DNA of 64,000 bases from an uncultured Chloroflexia bacterium (GCA_963825525.1 CAWGTN010000002.1:1760001-1824000); one strand, 5' to 3'. Positions 30,080 to 39,803 are shown, counted from the first letter of the stretch. Notes: generated from the letters alone by a model not told the origin. Translations and numbers: made by a program.

Positions 30080-30233
30080 CTCAGGGTCAAGGATACGGCG
30101 CCGCGTCGGTCGCTGCCTTCCAGCGCCGATATTTCCTCTGCGAGCGCGCCCGTACCCCGCTTCGGGCGCTGATCGGCCCATATTTCGGATGGGTGCGTGC
30201 TCGGAGGGCGCCGATCGAGGTTCGTGCCTGACC

Positions 30234-30798
30234 TCAGCCCTGTCGACGCTCGAACATGCCGCGAACCAGGACGACGAGCCCGATCCCGATGATGCCCGCA
30301 GGCAGTAGCCACTCGGCGAATGCCAGGCGCTCGCCGCCGATGCCGATCAGCCCCTCGAAGAACAGAAAGCCGACCCCGAACAGCGCGAGTCCGCCCAGCA
30401 GGCCCCAGGTTCCGTTTCGCAGGTCCGACGCGTTCCCGGACCGCATTCCCCACAGCGCCAAACCGAGGCCACTGGCCGCGGGGCCAACCAACGCCCAGGC
30501 GTAGGCCCACGTCTCCCATCGACCGGTCCGATCCTGGTACAGCAGCACGAGGCCCACGGTCGTGACGACGGTGCCGGACACGATGATGCCCCGATCGCCG
30601 CCGACAATGCCGAGCACGAGCATCACTGCGCCGATCGCGATGACCAGGAACGGCCAACCCACATCCTCGATGCCGATACCAAGCATCTGCCCCGCAAGCA
30701 GCGCTGCGCCACCCAACACCAGGACGAGCCCGACGGCAATCGTCGATGGGGTCTGGGCCCGGCGCCGATCGGATCGGGCGTGTTGGGTCGTCAGTCAC
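30234..30798 (-). CDS. Multi-pass membrane protein (probable +1 frameshift near 30770)
   Basis: About 7 hydrophobic segments with WP motifs. GTG 30798 follows TAGCAT by 6 nt but is out of frame with the body. Confidence 0.6.
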
Positions 30799-30836
30799 GG
30801 CCCGATGCTACCGCCCGCGCCCCGCGCGCCGCTAGC

Positions 30837-31604
30837 ATGTCGGACGTGGACCTCAACGCAGACCTTGGCGAGAGCTTCGGACGCTGGGTGCTCGGCGATG
30901 ACGAGCGACTGGTCGAGCACATCACGAGTGCCAACGTCGCCTGTGGCTTCCATGCCGGCGACCATGCGGTGATGGAGAGGACCGTGGCGCTGTGCCGGGG
31001 CGCTGGCGTTGCCGTCGGTGCGCAGCCGGGGTACCCGGACCTCGCCGGGTTCGGCCGTCGTCCGATGCCGCTGGCACTCGACGAGGTCGAGTCCCTGGTG
31101 CGGTACCAGATCGGCGCGCTCGAGGCCTTCTGCCGCGCACAGGGCGTCGAGATGCAGCACGTGAAGCCGCACGGCGCCCTCTACAACAGCGCGGCCGCCG
31201 ATCCGGCGCTGGCCGCGGCAATCGCGCGAGCCACCGCAAGATTCAGCACCGACCTCTCGCTGTTCGGGCTGGCGTCGTCCGGGCCGATGGCCGAGGCGGC
31301 CGCCGACCACGGGCTGCGCTTCGTGCCCGAGGCGTTCGCCGATCGTCGCTACCTGCGGGACGGCTCGCTCCAGCCGCGGAGCGTCCCCGGCTCGGTGATC
31401 GGCGATCCCGCACAGGCTGCCGCCCAGGCGCGCTCGATCGCCGTCCATGGCGGCGTGGATTCGGACGACGGCACCCGCGTGGCGGTATCGGCGCAGAGCA
31501 TCTGCTGCCATGGCGATACGCCGGGAGCGGTCGAGATCGCATCGGCCGTGCGTCGGTCGCTCGAGGAGGCTGGCATCACTGTTGCGGCGCCCGAGCGCCC
31601 GTGA
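30837..31604 (+). CDS. pxpA: 5-oxoprolinase subunit A (LamB/YcsF)
   Basis: DLNADLGESFG, ANVACGFHAGD, HVKPHGALYN, EAFADRRY, HGDTPGA. Confidence 0.95.
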   Translation: MSDVDLNADLGESFGRWVLGDDERLVEHITSANVACGFHAGDHAVMERTVALCRGAGVAVGAQPGYPDLAGFGRRPMPLALDEVESLVRYQIGALEAFCRAQGVEMQHVKPHGALYNSAAADPALAAAIARATARFSTDLSLFGLASSGPMAEAAADHGLRFVPEAFADRRYLRDGSLQPRSVPGSVIGDPAQAAAQARSIAVHGGVDSDDGTRVAVSAQSICCHGDTPGAVEIASAVRRSLEEAGITVAAPERP

Positions 31605-32209
31605 TCCGGTCGTTTGGGGAAGCGGCCCTGCTCGTGGAGCTGGACGGGCCGGAGCTCGCCCAGTCCCTCGCCGCGTCCCTGCGCGCGGACCCACCGCCGG
31701 CGATGCGCGAAGCCATCCCGGGCCTCTCGTCCGTGCTGGTGGAGCTGGACCCGCTCAGTGGGGACGCGGACGTCATGGCGGTTGCCCTGGAGGCTCGCCT
31801 CGCCGGCATCCGCCCACTCGACGTCGAGGGCCGGCTCCACCGCATACCGGTGACCTACAACGGTCCGGACCTGGACGAGGTCGCTGAGCTGAGCGGCATG
31901 TCGCGAGACGAGGTGGTGTCCGCTCACACCTCGGTGGTGCTCCGCGTCCTGTTCTGCGGCTTCGCTCCCGGGTTCGCCTACCTGGGCGACCTCCCGGATC
32001 GATTGCGCGTCGGGCGCCTGGAAACGCCGCGGACGACGACGCCTCCCGGCTCGGTCGCGGTGGCCGGAACCATGACCGCCATCTACCCCGCGGCCCTGCC
32101 AGGCGGCTGGCGGATCATCGGGAACGCCACGCTGACCCTCTTCGACCCGCGATCGGATCGACCGGCGCTGTTGGTGCCCGGCGACCGCGTGCAGTTCGAG
32201 CCGGCGTGA
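31601..32209 (+). CDS. pxpB: 5-oxoprolinase subunit B
   Basis: FGEAALLV, YNGPDL, GFAPGFAYL, PGSVA, YP...PGGWRIIG; GTGA overlap. Confidence 0.92.
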   Translation: MIRSFGEAALLVELDGPELAQSLAASLRADPPPAMREAIPGLSSVLVELDPLSGDADVMAVALEARLAGIRPLDVEGRLHRIPVTYNGPDLDEVAELSGMSRDEVVSAHTSVVLRVLFCGFAPGFAYLGDLPDRLRVGRLETPRTTTPPGSVAVAGTMTAIYPAALPGGWRIIGNATLTLFDPRSDRPALLVPGDRVQFEPA

Positions 32210-33141
32210 TCGAGGTCGATGAGCCCGGCTTCCTGACCTCGGTCCAGACCGCGGCCGGACGGCCGGGTTGGCGGCACATCGGCGTCCCCGTCGGCGGCGC
32301 CGCCGATCCGTGGAGCGCCCGGCTCGCCAACCGGCTCGTGGGCAACCCGGACGACGATGCGCTGCTCGAGATCGCGCTCGCCGGTCCGGCGCTCCGGTTT
32401 CTGGACGCAACGACCATCGCCATTGCCGGGGCACGATTCGAGGCGACACTCGACGGCATGCCGATGGCCGCCAACACGGCACGCCACGCGCGGGGCGGGT
32501 CGCTGCTGCGGATCGGCCGGGGGACCGGGGCACGGTGTTATCTCGCGGTCGCCGGCGGGTTCGTCACCGAGCCTGTGCTCGGCTCAGCCAGCACTGACTT
32601 ACGGACCGGATTCGGCGGCCACGAGGGGAGGGCGTTGCGGCGAGGTGATCGAGTTGAGACCGGGCGGCCGAATGGAACCCTGTGCCGATGGCGGGGGACG
32701 TTCGGCGACGGACCCATCCGCATCGTTGCGGGCGTGCATGGCGACGGCCTGCCACGGCTCACCGGTGTGGACTGGATCGTGAGTGAGATGGCGGACCGGA
32801 CCGGGGTGCGCCTCGACGGTGCGCCGATCCAGCTCGAGCCGGCGGAGGTGGCCTCAATGGCCCTGCCGCTCGGCGCCATCCAGGTGCCACCCGACGGACG
32901 GCCCATCGTCATGCTGGCCGACCGACCGGTGACGGGTGGCTATCCGGTGCCGGCGGTCGTCACGCGGGCCGACATCGGCCGGGTTGCGCAGCTGCTGCCG
33001 GGTCACGCCGTGCGTTTCGAGCTGGTCCCGACGGACGAGGCACGCCGGCTCCTCGGGGAGATGGAGCGCGAGCTCGCCGCGGTCGAGGTCATCGATCCGT
33101 CGACCGACGACGAGCCCGGGTGGGCCGGAGCCCTGCGCTGA
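32206..33141 (+). CDS. pxpC: 5-oxoprolinase subunit C
   Basis: ANRLVGN, YLAVAGG, GSASTD, DRTGVRL, GAIQVPPDGRPIV, TGGYP. Confidence 0.92.
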   Translation: MIEVDEPGFLTSVQTAAGRPGWRHIGVPVGGAADPWSARLANRLVGNPDDDALLEIALAGPALRFLDATTIAIAGARFEATLDGMPMAANTARHARGGSLLRIGRGTGARCYLAVAGGFVTEPVLGSASTDLRTGFGGHEGRALRRGDRVETGRPNGTLCRWRGTFGDGPIRIVAGVHGDGLPRLTGVDWIVSEMADRTGVRLDGAPIQLEPAEVASMALPLGAIQVPPDGRPIVMLADRPVTGGYPVPAVVTRADIGRVAQLLPGHAVRFELVPTDEARRLLGEMERELAAVEVIDPSTDDEPGWAGALR

Positions 33142-33145
33142 TCGG

Positions 33146-33445
33146 CTAGTTCTGGAGCTCGCCCTGCGGCCGGAAGACGAGGCGCTCGGCGCCCTCCTCG
33201 GCGGTCACGTCGATGGCCGCTGCCTCGAGCGGCGTCGCCAGCTCGGGAGCGACGAACACGCGGAGACCGTCCTGTTCGGTCACCTGGTCGCCCTCGGCGG
33301 GATTCTCGGTGAAGCCCAGCCCGATGGTCACCTCACCCGGTTCGCTCGCTTCGGCAAAGACACGCAGGCCGTACGTCTCGGGCACGTCCTGGCCCTGTCG
33401 AAGCTCGGAGAGAAAGGTCGCGGCGTCGGGGGTGATCTGAAGCAC
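33146..33445 (-). CDS. HesB/IscA-like protein without cysteines
   Basis: AAGGAG SD; LQITPDAA...GLRV...PAEGDQV..DGLRVFV..L....ID resembles the HesB fold. Confidence 0.65.
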   Translation of the reverse strand: MLQITPDAATFLSELRQGQDVPETYGLRVFAEASEPGEVTIGLGFTENPAEGDQVTEQDGLRVFVAPELATPLEAAAIDVTAEEGAERLVFRPQGELQN

Positions 33446-33524
33446 TGCTTCTCCTTGGGATGTTCCTACGACCACAGGCGCCGCAAGACCGATGCCACCC
33501 CGCCTCTGGTAGCCTCGGAATCCG

Positions 33525-34256
33525 ATGAGCGAGACCGGCGCACCTCTTTCCGATGGGGCCTCGCCTGATGAGGCGGCTCCGACGCGCGCGGAGCGTTTCC
33601 AGCTGGTCACCGAGCTCGAGGCGGTGCTCGACGGCCCGGCCACCTACCTGGCACTGCTCTTCGCCGCGCTCCTGGTCGCCGAGATCGCGCTGTCGGCGCA
33701 GGGGATGGCGGTGCCGGCGGTCCTGGGCTGGATTCAGCTCGCGATCTGGGGCGTATTCGCGGTCCACTTCCTGCTTGGAATCACGATCAGCCCCGATCGC
33801 GGGCTATACCTGCGGCGCAACTGGCTGACGGCGCTGTCGCTGGTCGTTCCGTTCCTGCGTGTCTTCCGCGCGCTGCGAGTCATCGGCGCGATCCGAGCGA
33901 CCACCTCGCTCCGGGTGCTCGCCGGCTTCAACCGGTCGGCGCGCAGCCTTCGTGGGGTCCTGGCATGGACGCGCGCCGGGTACGCCGGCGCCCTGGCGTT
34001 GACCGCTGCGTTCCTAGGGTCGGCGGTGCTGCTGATGTTCGAGGCCGATGCGCCGAACTCCGAGATCACCGACTACCCGGAGGCGCTGTGGTGGGCATCC
34101 GCGACGCTCACCACTGTTGGTGCTGCCTCGGAGCCGGTGACCCTCGGCGGACGCATCGTGGCGCTGATCATCATGCTTGGTGGCCTGGTGCTTCTCGGCT
34201 ACGTGGCCGGGGTCCTCGCCGCCCTCCTCTTCGGCAAGCGGCCCAAGGGAAGCTAG
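33525..34256 (+). CDS. 6-TM voltage-gated-type ion channel (potassium channel family)
   Basis: S4-like PFLRVFRALRV, pore helix ALWWASATLTTVG, PVTLGGR. Confidence 0.85.
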   Translation: MSETGAPLSDGASPDEAAPTRAERFQLVTELEAVLDGPATYLALLFAALLVAEIALSAQGMAVPAVLGWIQLAIWGVFAVHFLLGITISPDRGLYLRRNWLTALSLVVPFLRVFRALRVIGAIRATTSLRVLAGFNRSARSLRGVLAWTRAGYAGALALTAAFLGSAVLLMFEADAPNSEITDYPEALWWASATLTTVGAASEPVTLGGRIVALIIMLGGLVLLGYVAGVLAALLFGKRPKGS

Positions 34257-34780
34257 GGCTTCGGCTCGCCGGTCCAGCCCTTGACGCCCTGCAGTGAGGA
34301 TGTTCCAGCCGGGGAGCTCTCCCCGATGACCGAGAAGCTTCCGTCGGTCTCGAGCACGACGGCATGAACGGCGGCCACGCTCGCGAATCCGGCCTGTCGG
34401 ACGGCCTGGCTGACCTCTTCGGTGCTTACCCGCTGGGCGCGGGCCGCCTCGCTCAGCTCACGTCCCTCGAAAACGAGCAGTGTGGGCTCCGATTTCACCA
34501 GCTTGGGGATCACCTCGGTCCGTACGGACAGCCAGGTGATGACCAGCTGCAGGCCGATGAGGAGCGCGAACGCGGCCACGCCCTCCGCGAGCGCCACGTC
34601 CTTCGAGAGCAGGATGGTCGCCAGCGTGGAGCCCAGTGCCACCGTCACGATCAGGTCGAACGCGTTCATCTTGGCCAGCGTCCGCTTGCCCGCGACGCGG
34701 ACGAGCGCAATCAGCGCGGCGTAGGCGAGCGCGCCGACAAGCAGGGTTCGCCAGATGCCGGTCCAGTCGTCGAAGAACAT
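34253..34780 (-). CDS. DUF421/YetF-family membrane protein
   Basis: RVAGKRTLAKMNAFD, PTLLV..G, VVLETDGSFSVI. Confidence 0.88.
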   Translation of the reverse strand: MFFDDWTGIWRTLLVGALAYAALIALVRVAGKRTLAKMNAFDLIVTVALGSTLATILLSKDVALAEGVAAFALLIGLQLVITWLSVRTEVIPKLVKSEPTLLVFEGRELSEAARAQRVSTEEVSQAVRQAGFASVAAVHAVVLETDGSFSVIGESSPAGTSSLQGVKGWTGEPKP

Positions 34781-34829
34781 GCCATCGGACTGTCGCAAGC
34801 GGTGGGCCAGCTGGCCGGTCCGGACCGGC

Positions 34830-35810
34830 TCAGTGTTCCGCGAGGATCTCCCGTAGCGTATCCGGACCCACGTTGCGGCCGGTGGTCACCACCGCCACGT
34901 TCCGGCCGCTCAGGTCGAGGAATTCGGGGCGGAGCGCCGCGATCCCGAGCGCCGCGCTCCCCTCGAGAAGCAGGTGCGGGACCTCCATGGCCCAGCGCAT
35001 CGCCTCGCCGATGGCCGCCTCGTCCACCAGCACCACCTCGTCGACGAACTGCCGGCACAGCTTCCAGGTGATGCTGGACTTCTCGATGTTGCCGGCCACG
35101 CCGTCGGCGAGGGTCGGCGCGATCGGCATCGGGTCGGTCGAGCCGGTCTCGAAATGCGCGTACATCGGCGGCGAGGCGGCTGGCTGGACGCCGATGAGAC
35201 GCAGATTCGGCTTCAAGGCCTTGGCCCACAGGCCGATGCCGGCGATCAGGCCGCCGCCGCCGATCGGCACCACGATGGTATCGACCTCCGGCCAGTCGGC
35301 GAGGATCTCGACGCCGACCGTCGCCTGGCCGGCGATGACGTCCGGGTCGTTGTAGGGCGGGATGTAGATCGCGTGGCCGGCGTCGTCGCGGCGGCGTGCC
35401 TCGGCCTCGGCGTCATCGGTGTCGTTGCCAACAAGCTCGACCGTGATGCGGTTCGTCTCCAGCGCGCGCAGCCGCTCGAGCTTGGCGGGCGAGACGGATC
35501 GACCGACGAGAACGGTGAGTCGCATGTCATGTCGCACGGCCGCGGTCGCAACCGCGATCCCGTGGTTGCCGCTGCTCGCCGTCACGAGCGCAGCCTCGGG
35601 TCGTTCGGACGCCACGATCGCAACCTTGTTGTGCGCCCCACGAGTCTTGAAGGCGCCGGTCGGCTGGACCTCTTCGCGCTTCAGGCGCACCTCGGCGGCG
35701 CCGGTCGCTTCGGCGAGCTCGCGGCTCGGCTCGAGCGGGGTGTGGAGGGCGATCCCGTTGAGGCGCGCCGTCGCGGCGTTGACATCGGCAAGGGAGGGCA
35801 TGCGCGGCAT
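34830..35810 (-). CDS. PLP-dependent threonine/serine dehydratase family (no regulatory domain)
   Basis: LKRE.VQPTGAFKTRGA, ASSGNHG, PIGGGGLI, LADG, TGRN. Confidence 0.9.
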   Translation of the reverse strand: MPRMPSLADVNAATARLNGIALHTPLEPSRELAEATGAAEVRLKREEVQPTGAFKTRGAHNKVAIVASERPEAALVTASSGNHGIAVATAAVRHDMRLTVLVGRSVSPAKLERLRALETNRITVELVGNDTDDAEAEARRRDDAGHAIYIPPYNDPDVIAGQATVGVEILADWPEVDTIVVPIGGGGLIAGIGLWAKALKPNLRLIGVQPAASPPMYAHFETGSTDPMPIAPTLADGVAGNIEKSSITWKLCRQFVDEVVLVDEAAIGEAMRWAMEVPHLLLEGSAALGIAALRPEFLDLSGRNVAVVTTGRNVGPDTLREILAEH

Positions 35811-35841
35811 GCCGTCGAGTCTACGGCCGAATCCGCGCTTC

Positions 35842-35995
35842 ATATCTCGCTCCTGGGAGTAACGGCCAGGTTGTGGCCGATTTGCACCGCCCCTGGGACG
35901 GTCGGCCAGGCAGAGGGCGTGATGTTGGCCGTTCTTGGTCCGCTACTGGGAAGATCGGCCGCATCCTGGCCCGTACTCCCACCCGCGAACCAACG
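35842..35995. repeat. Modular palindromic intergenic element, copy 1
   Basis: Arms 35854-35881 and 35954-35981 are inverted repeats (24/28). Aligns without gaps to 40305-40446 (about 101/142 identical, hand count). Confidence 0.8.
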
Positions 35996-36010
35996 GCCCG
36001 GCCGGCCCAC

Positions 36011-36370
36011 CTAAGCGGCGGGGGCGGTCTCCGGCGCGGGCGTGTCGCGAAGTTCACGCAGGCGGATGCCGATGCGCATGAGCGAGCCCAGCCGATCCTC
36101 GACCCGTGCCCGCTCGACCGGCGTTGCCCAGTGGCGCAGCGAGAAGTCGACCTCGTGCTTGTGACGCTCGGCCGTGGCGAAGAGCTCTTCCACGCGTTGC
36201 CGGACGGAGTCGTCCGCGCCGCCGCCCGTGATGGCGCGGCGGCTGGCAAGAATCTCGACGTAATACGAGGTCGCCAGCCGATCGAGATCGCGCTGAGCAT
36301 CGTGATCCCAGGGCTCAGGCGGCCCCCCGAACCCGAACCTGCGCCATTCGCCCGGCTGAACCTGCTGCAT
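36011..36370 (-). CDS. Hypothetical helical protein, 119 aa
   Basis: Non-shadow composition (W/Y/F, charged helices), GAGGGA upstream, fills the gap; no family recognised. Confidence 0.7.
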   Translation of the reverse strand: MQQVQPGEWRRFGFGGPPEPWDHDAQRDLDRLATSYYVEILASRRAITGGGADDSVRQRVEELFATAERHKHEVDFSLRHWATPVERARVEDRLGSLMRIGIRLRELRDTPAPETAPAA

Positions 36371-36447
36371 CGACTCGTCCCTCGCGGTGGTGGATTCCTC
36401 CCGAACAGAACCGTATCGGCGGGCGGGCCGGACCGCCAGATACCGGT

Positions 36448-37467
36448 ATGGCTACCGTCAGCCGGACCAATGGCGAGCGTCGTATCCTCATCAGACCCAT
36501 ACGCAATCCCACGCAGTGCCGCGCATCGCACGCGCGGCGGGAGCGGCGCAGCATCCGTCCTACGATCGACCGACACCTTCCCAAGCGCATCCGGCCCGCC
36601 TGGCGGGTCGTGCGCCGCACGATCACGAACTTCGTCGACGAGGAAGGGCTGCAGTGGTCGGGCGCGGTGGCCTTCTACCTCGTCCTGTCCGTGCCGCCGT
36701 TGCTGATCGCTGCGGTCTCCATCGGGGTCGTGGTCGTCGGCGCCGAGTCGGCGCGCAGCTTCCTGGTCGACCAGGTCGCGCGATTCCTGCCGGGCCAGCA
36801 GGGCGTCATCGAAGAGATCGTGGGACAGACGGTCGACGCCAGCGGGGCGGCGGTGGCCGCCGCCATCGGCTTCCTGCTCTTCTCGGGCAGCCGCGTCTTC
36901 GCCAGCCTGATCACCTCAATCAACCTCATGTGGCACGAGATCGAGCCGCCGGGGTTCTGGAAGCGCCAGGTCGAGCGGATCGTCATGGTCCTCACCATCG
37001 GCGCGCTGCTTGCCCTGGCGGGCGTCGCCGACGTGGCCTTCGCGTTTGCCGGGGAGCTCCTGAACCTGCCGGCCTCGGTGCGAGTACTTGCCCAGAGCCA
37101 GGTCGTGCCGGTCCTCTTCATCGGCACCGCCCTGTTCCTGCTCTTCTATCTCATCCCGCGCCGCGCGGCGACCTGGCAGACCGCGCTGATTGGCGCCGCG
37201 GTAGGGGCCGTTGCGCTGCGGGTGGCGCAGGTCGGGTTCACCACGTACGTCCGGACCTTCGGTGGCTTCGACTCCGCCTACGGGCCGATCGCCGGCCTGG
37301 CCGCAGTGCTCACCTGGGCGCTGGTCGCCTCGGCGGTGATCCTGCTGGCCGCGCACCTGGTGGCGGTGATGAACTCGCCCGACCGCGAGCCGCGGCGCGC
37401 AGATCACCACCAGCCGGGGGAGGCGGAGGCCAAGCGTCGCCCGAAGCCGAAGCGCCGGGAGGATTGA
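36448..37467 (+). CDS. YihY/virulence factor BrkB family membrane protein
   Basis: AVAFYLVLSVPPLL, multiple TM, YLIP, YGPIAG...LTW. Confidence 0.9.
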   Translation: MATVSRTNGERRILIRPIRNPTQCRASHARRERRSIRPTIDRHLPKRIRPAWRVVRRTITNFVDEEGLQWSGAVAFYLVLSVPPLLIAAVSIGVVVVGAESARSFLVDQVARFLPGQQGVIEEIVGQTVDASGAAVAAAIGFLLFSGSRVFASLITSINLMWHEIEPPGFWKRQVERIVMVLTIGALLALAGVADVAFAFAGELLNLPASVRVLAQSQVVPVLFIGTALFLLFYLIPRRAATWQTALIGAAVGAVALRVAQVGFTTYVRTFGGFDSAYGPIAGLAAVLTWALVASAVILLAAHLVAVMNSPDREPRRADHHQPGEAEAKRRPKPKRRED

Positions 37468-37495
37468 CCTCGTTCCTGAGCCCGTGGGCGGCCTT

Positions 37496-37504
37496 TGTTA
37501 TCAT
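37496..37504 (+). promoter_or_regulatory. Extended -10 promoter for the tRNA
   Basis: TGTTATCAT (TGn-TATCAT) 17 nt before the tRNA 5' end. Confidence 0.5.
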
Positions 37505-37521
37505 CGGTCGGCCTCGCGCAC

Positions 37522-37596
37522 TGGGGAGTGGCCAAGCGGTAAGGCGCCTGACTCTGGATCAGGAGATCGAAGGTTCGAATCCTTCCTCCCCAGCCA
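37522..37596 (+). tRNA. tRNA-Gln (anticodon CTG)
   Basis: TGGGGAG/CTCCCCA acceptor stem, anticodon arm CCTGA-CTCTGGA-TCAGG, GGTTCGAATCC T-loop, encoded CCA. Confidence 0.97.
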
Positions 37597-37639
37597 ACGA
37601 CCGCCGCCGCTACAGCGGCGGGTCAACCGAGTCCGAGGT

Positions 37640-38347
37640 TCAATCCTTCTTCGTGGCGGATACGTCGACGCATACGACTCCTTGGTTGCCGTCCTGGTCG
37701 GCGATCACGGTGAGCGATGGCGCGTCGCTGTCATCGACGACTGTGCCGCCCGCGGCGATGGCGGCGGCGATCCGTTGCTCGGCCACCTCGGGCGCCACAT
37801 AGACCTCGACGTGGAACCGCTGACGTGGGGCCTCGTGTTCATCCGCGTCGCCGAACCACAGGTTCGGTACCCGGCCCATGGCATCCCGGATCTCGTCGCT
37901 CGGTGACCCACGCCCTTGGGCTTCGGCGCTCCCGGTCAGCAGCGCGGCCCACACAGGTGCGATGGTCGCGGAGCGCGCCGTATCGAGGCCGAGCTCGATG
38001 TCGCTGACCGATGCCGGATCGGCGTCGATCCTGTGGTCCGCGGCGATCTCCGTGATCCGCCGCGCGAGGTCAATGTCCTGCTGGGTCACCCATTCGATGA
38101 CCAGTTCGGTGCCTTCGTCGTCACGGTAGATCGCGTCGTCGCTGACCAGCTTGAGGTCGACGTAGCCCTTGCCGATCGAAGCACGCGGGTGGTGGCCGAG
38201 CGCGTCACCGGCCTCGCCCACCGCGGCGACGAACCGGGCGCCGGTGGCAAAGTCGTCGACGAGATAGCGGGCGTGAAGCCCCTGGGCCAGCTTGCGCCAG
38301 TCGGCGAGGTTGGCCGCGGCGATCTGCTCGCCCTGCAACATGTCCAT
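37640..38347 (-). CDS. Pterin-4a-carbinolamine dehydratase-like domain fused to a VOC/glyoxalase-like domain
   Basis: LADWR...GHHP...DIDLARRI (PCD-like); LWF...RQRFHVEV...AAGG.VV....IADQDGN (VOC). Confidence 0.8.
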   Translation of the reverse strand: MDMLQGEQIAAANLADWRKLAQGLHARYLVDDFATGARFVAAVGEAGDALGHHPRASIGKGYVDLKLVSDDAIYRDDEGTELVIEWVTQQDIDLARRITEIAADHRIDADPASVSDIELGLDTARSATIAPVWAALLTGSAEAQGRGSPSDEIRDAMGRVPNLWFGDADEHEAPRQRFHVEVYVAPEVAEQRIAAAIAAGGTVVDDSDAPSLTVIADQDGNQGVVCVDVSATKKD

Positions 38348-38540
38348 GGGCGTTGAGTCTATCGGCCATCAGCGGCGGCGGCCTCGGAGGCTTGCCGGAA
38401 GGTCCCGCTCCCTCGAAACCCAGGACCCAGAATACCGCCGCTCGAACGGCCAACGCATCGGTGAATGATTCATAACCGGCACTCCGGCGTATCGGAGGGG
38501 ATCGCAAGTCGCGGTCCATTCGAAACCAAGGAGAACCCTA

Positions 38541-39803
38541 GTGCGAACCTGGAAGCCGACGTCGCTGGCACTCGCGGGCATCATGGCCCTCGCCGCCTGC
38601 ACGTCCACCCCGGGCACATCCACCGAGCCGTCCGCGGCCGAATCGATGGCGCCCGAATCCATGGCCGCGGAGTCGATGGCTCCCGAGTCACCTCATGACA
38701 TGGGCGGTAACGCCGACATCACGAGCGATGCCGCCAACCTGCGAACCGACCTGAACTATCTGCTCGGTGAGCATCTCATCCTGGCCGCCAAGGCCACCGG
38801 CGCCGCGCTCGACGGGCGCAACGACCAGTTCACCGCTTATGGCGGACTGCTGAACACGAACGGCACCGAGCTCGGCGCCGCCATCGGCTCGATCTACGGC
38901 CAGGAGGCCGCTGACGAGTGGAACCGCATCTGGAGCGCCCACAACGGCTTCTTCGTCGACTACACCACCGGTGTGGCCACTGACGACCAGGCCGTGCAGG
39001 ACAAGGCCGTCGAGGATCTCACGACGATCTACGTGCCCGAGTTCAGCTCCTTCCTGGCCGGCGCCACCGGGCTGCCGGAGGACGCGATCACCTCGCTGGT
39101 GACCGATCACGTCGTCCAGACCGCCGCAGTCGTGGATGCCCAGGCTGCCGGTGACTGGGAGGCGACCTACGACGCCATCCGCGCCGCCTACGCGCACATG
39201 CAGATGATCGGTGATGCACTCGCCCCGGCCATTGCCGAGACGAACGACATCGAGGGCGATGCGGCCACGGCCGGCGTCGACTTCCGCGTCGCGCTGAACC
39301 AGCTCCTCCAGGAGCACCTGTTCCTGGCCAGCTTCGCCACCGATGCCGCCCTTGGCGGCCGGAACGATGAGTTCGCCGCGGCCGGCGCTGCGCTGAACAC
39401 CAACGGCACCGATCTCGGCGCCGCCATCGGCTCGATCTACGGCCAGGAGGCCGCTGACGAGTGGAACCGCATCTGGAGCGCCCACAACGGCTTCTTCGTC
39501 GACTACACCACCGGTGTTGCGACCGAGGACCAGGCCGTTCAGGACAAGGCCGTCGAGGATCTCACGACGATCTACGTGCCCGAGTTCAGCTCCTTCCTTG
39601 CCGGCGCCACCGGGCTGCCGGAGGACGCGATCACCTCGCTGGTGACCGATCACGTCCTGCAGACCAAGGCCGTCGTCGACGCCCAGGCATCGGGTGATGC
39701 CCAGGCTGCCGCCGATGCCGACCGGACCGCCGCCATGCACATGCGCATGATCGGTGACGCGCTCGCTCCGGCGATCGTGGAAGCCCAGCCGGACGCCTTC
39801 TAG
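38541..39803 (+). CDS. Lipoprotein with two tandem 181-aa His/Met-rich helical domains (putative metal-binding)
   Basis: AAGGAG SD, lipobox LAAC, (ESMAP/ESMAA) linker, repeated LL.EH, IWSAHNGFF, VTDHV, HM.MIGD. Confidence 0.8.
   Translation: MRTWKPTSLALAGIMALAACTSTPGTSTEPSAAESMAPESMAAESMAPESPHDMGGNADITSDAANLRTDLNYLLGEHLILAAKATGAALDGRNDQFTAYGGLLNTNGTELGAAIGSIYGQEAADEWNRIWSAHNGFFVDYTTGVATDDQAVQDKAVEDLTTIYVPEFSSFLAGATGLPEDAITSLVTDHVVQTAAVVDAQAAGDWEATYDAIRAAYAHMQMIGDALAPAIAETNDIEGDAATAGVDFRVALNQLLQEHLFLASFATDAALGGRNDEFAAAGAALNTNGTDLGAAIGSIYGQEAADEWNRIWSAHNGFFVDYTTGVATEDQAVQDKAVEDLTTIYVPEFSSFLAGATGLPEDAITSLVTDHVLQTKAVVDAQASGDAQAAADADRTAAMHMRMIGDALAPAIVEAQPDAF
38850..39665 (+). repeat. Intragenic direct repeat, period 543 bp
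   Basis: 38850-39122 is nearly identical to 39393-39665, including long runs of identical synonymous sites. Confidence 0.92.

Noticed and set aside
37522-38347. tRNA-anchored genomic island or prophage
   Set aside because: No integrase, no duplicated tRNA 3' end seen, no phage genes.
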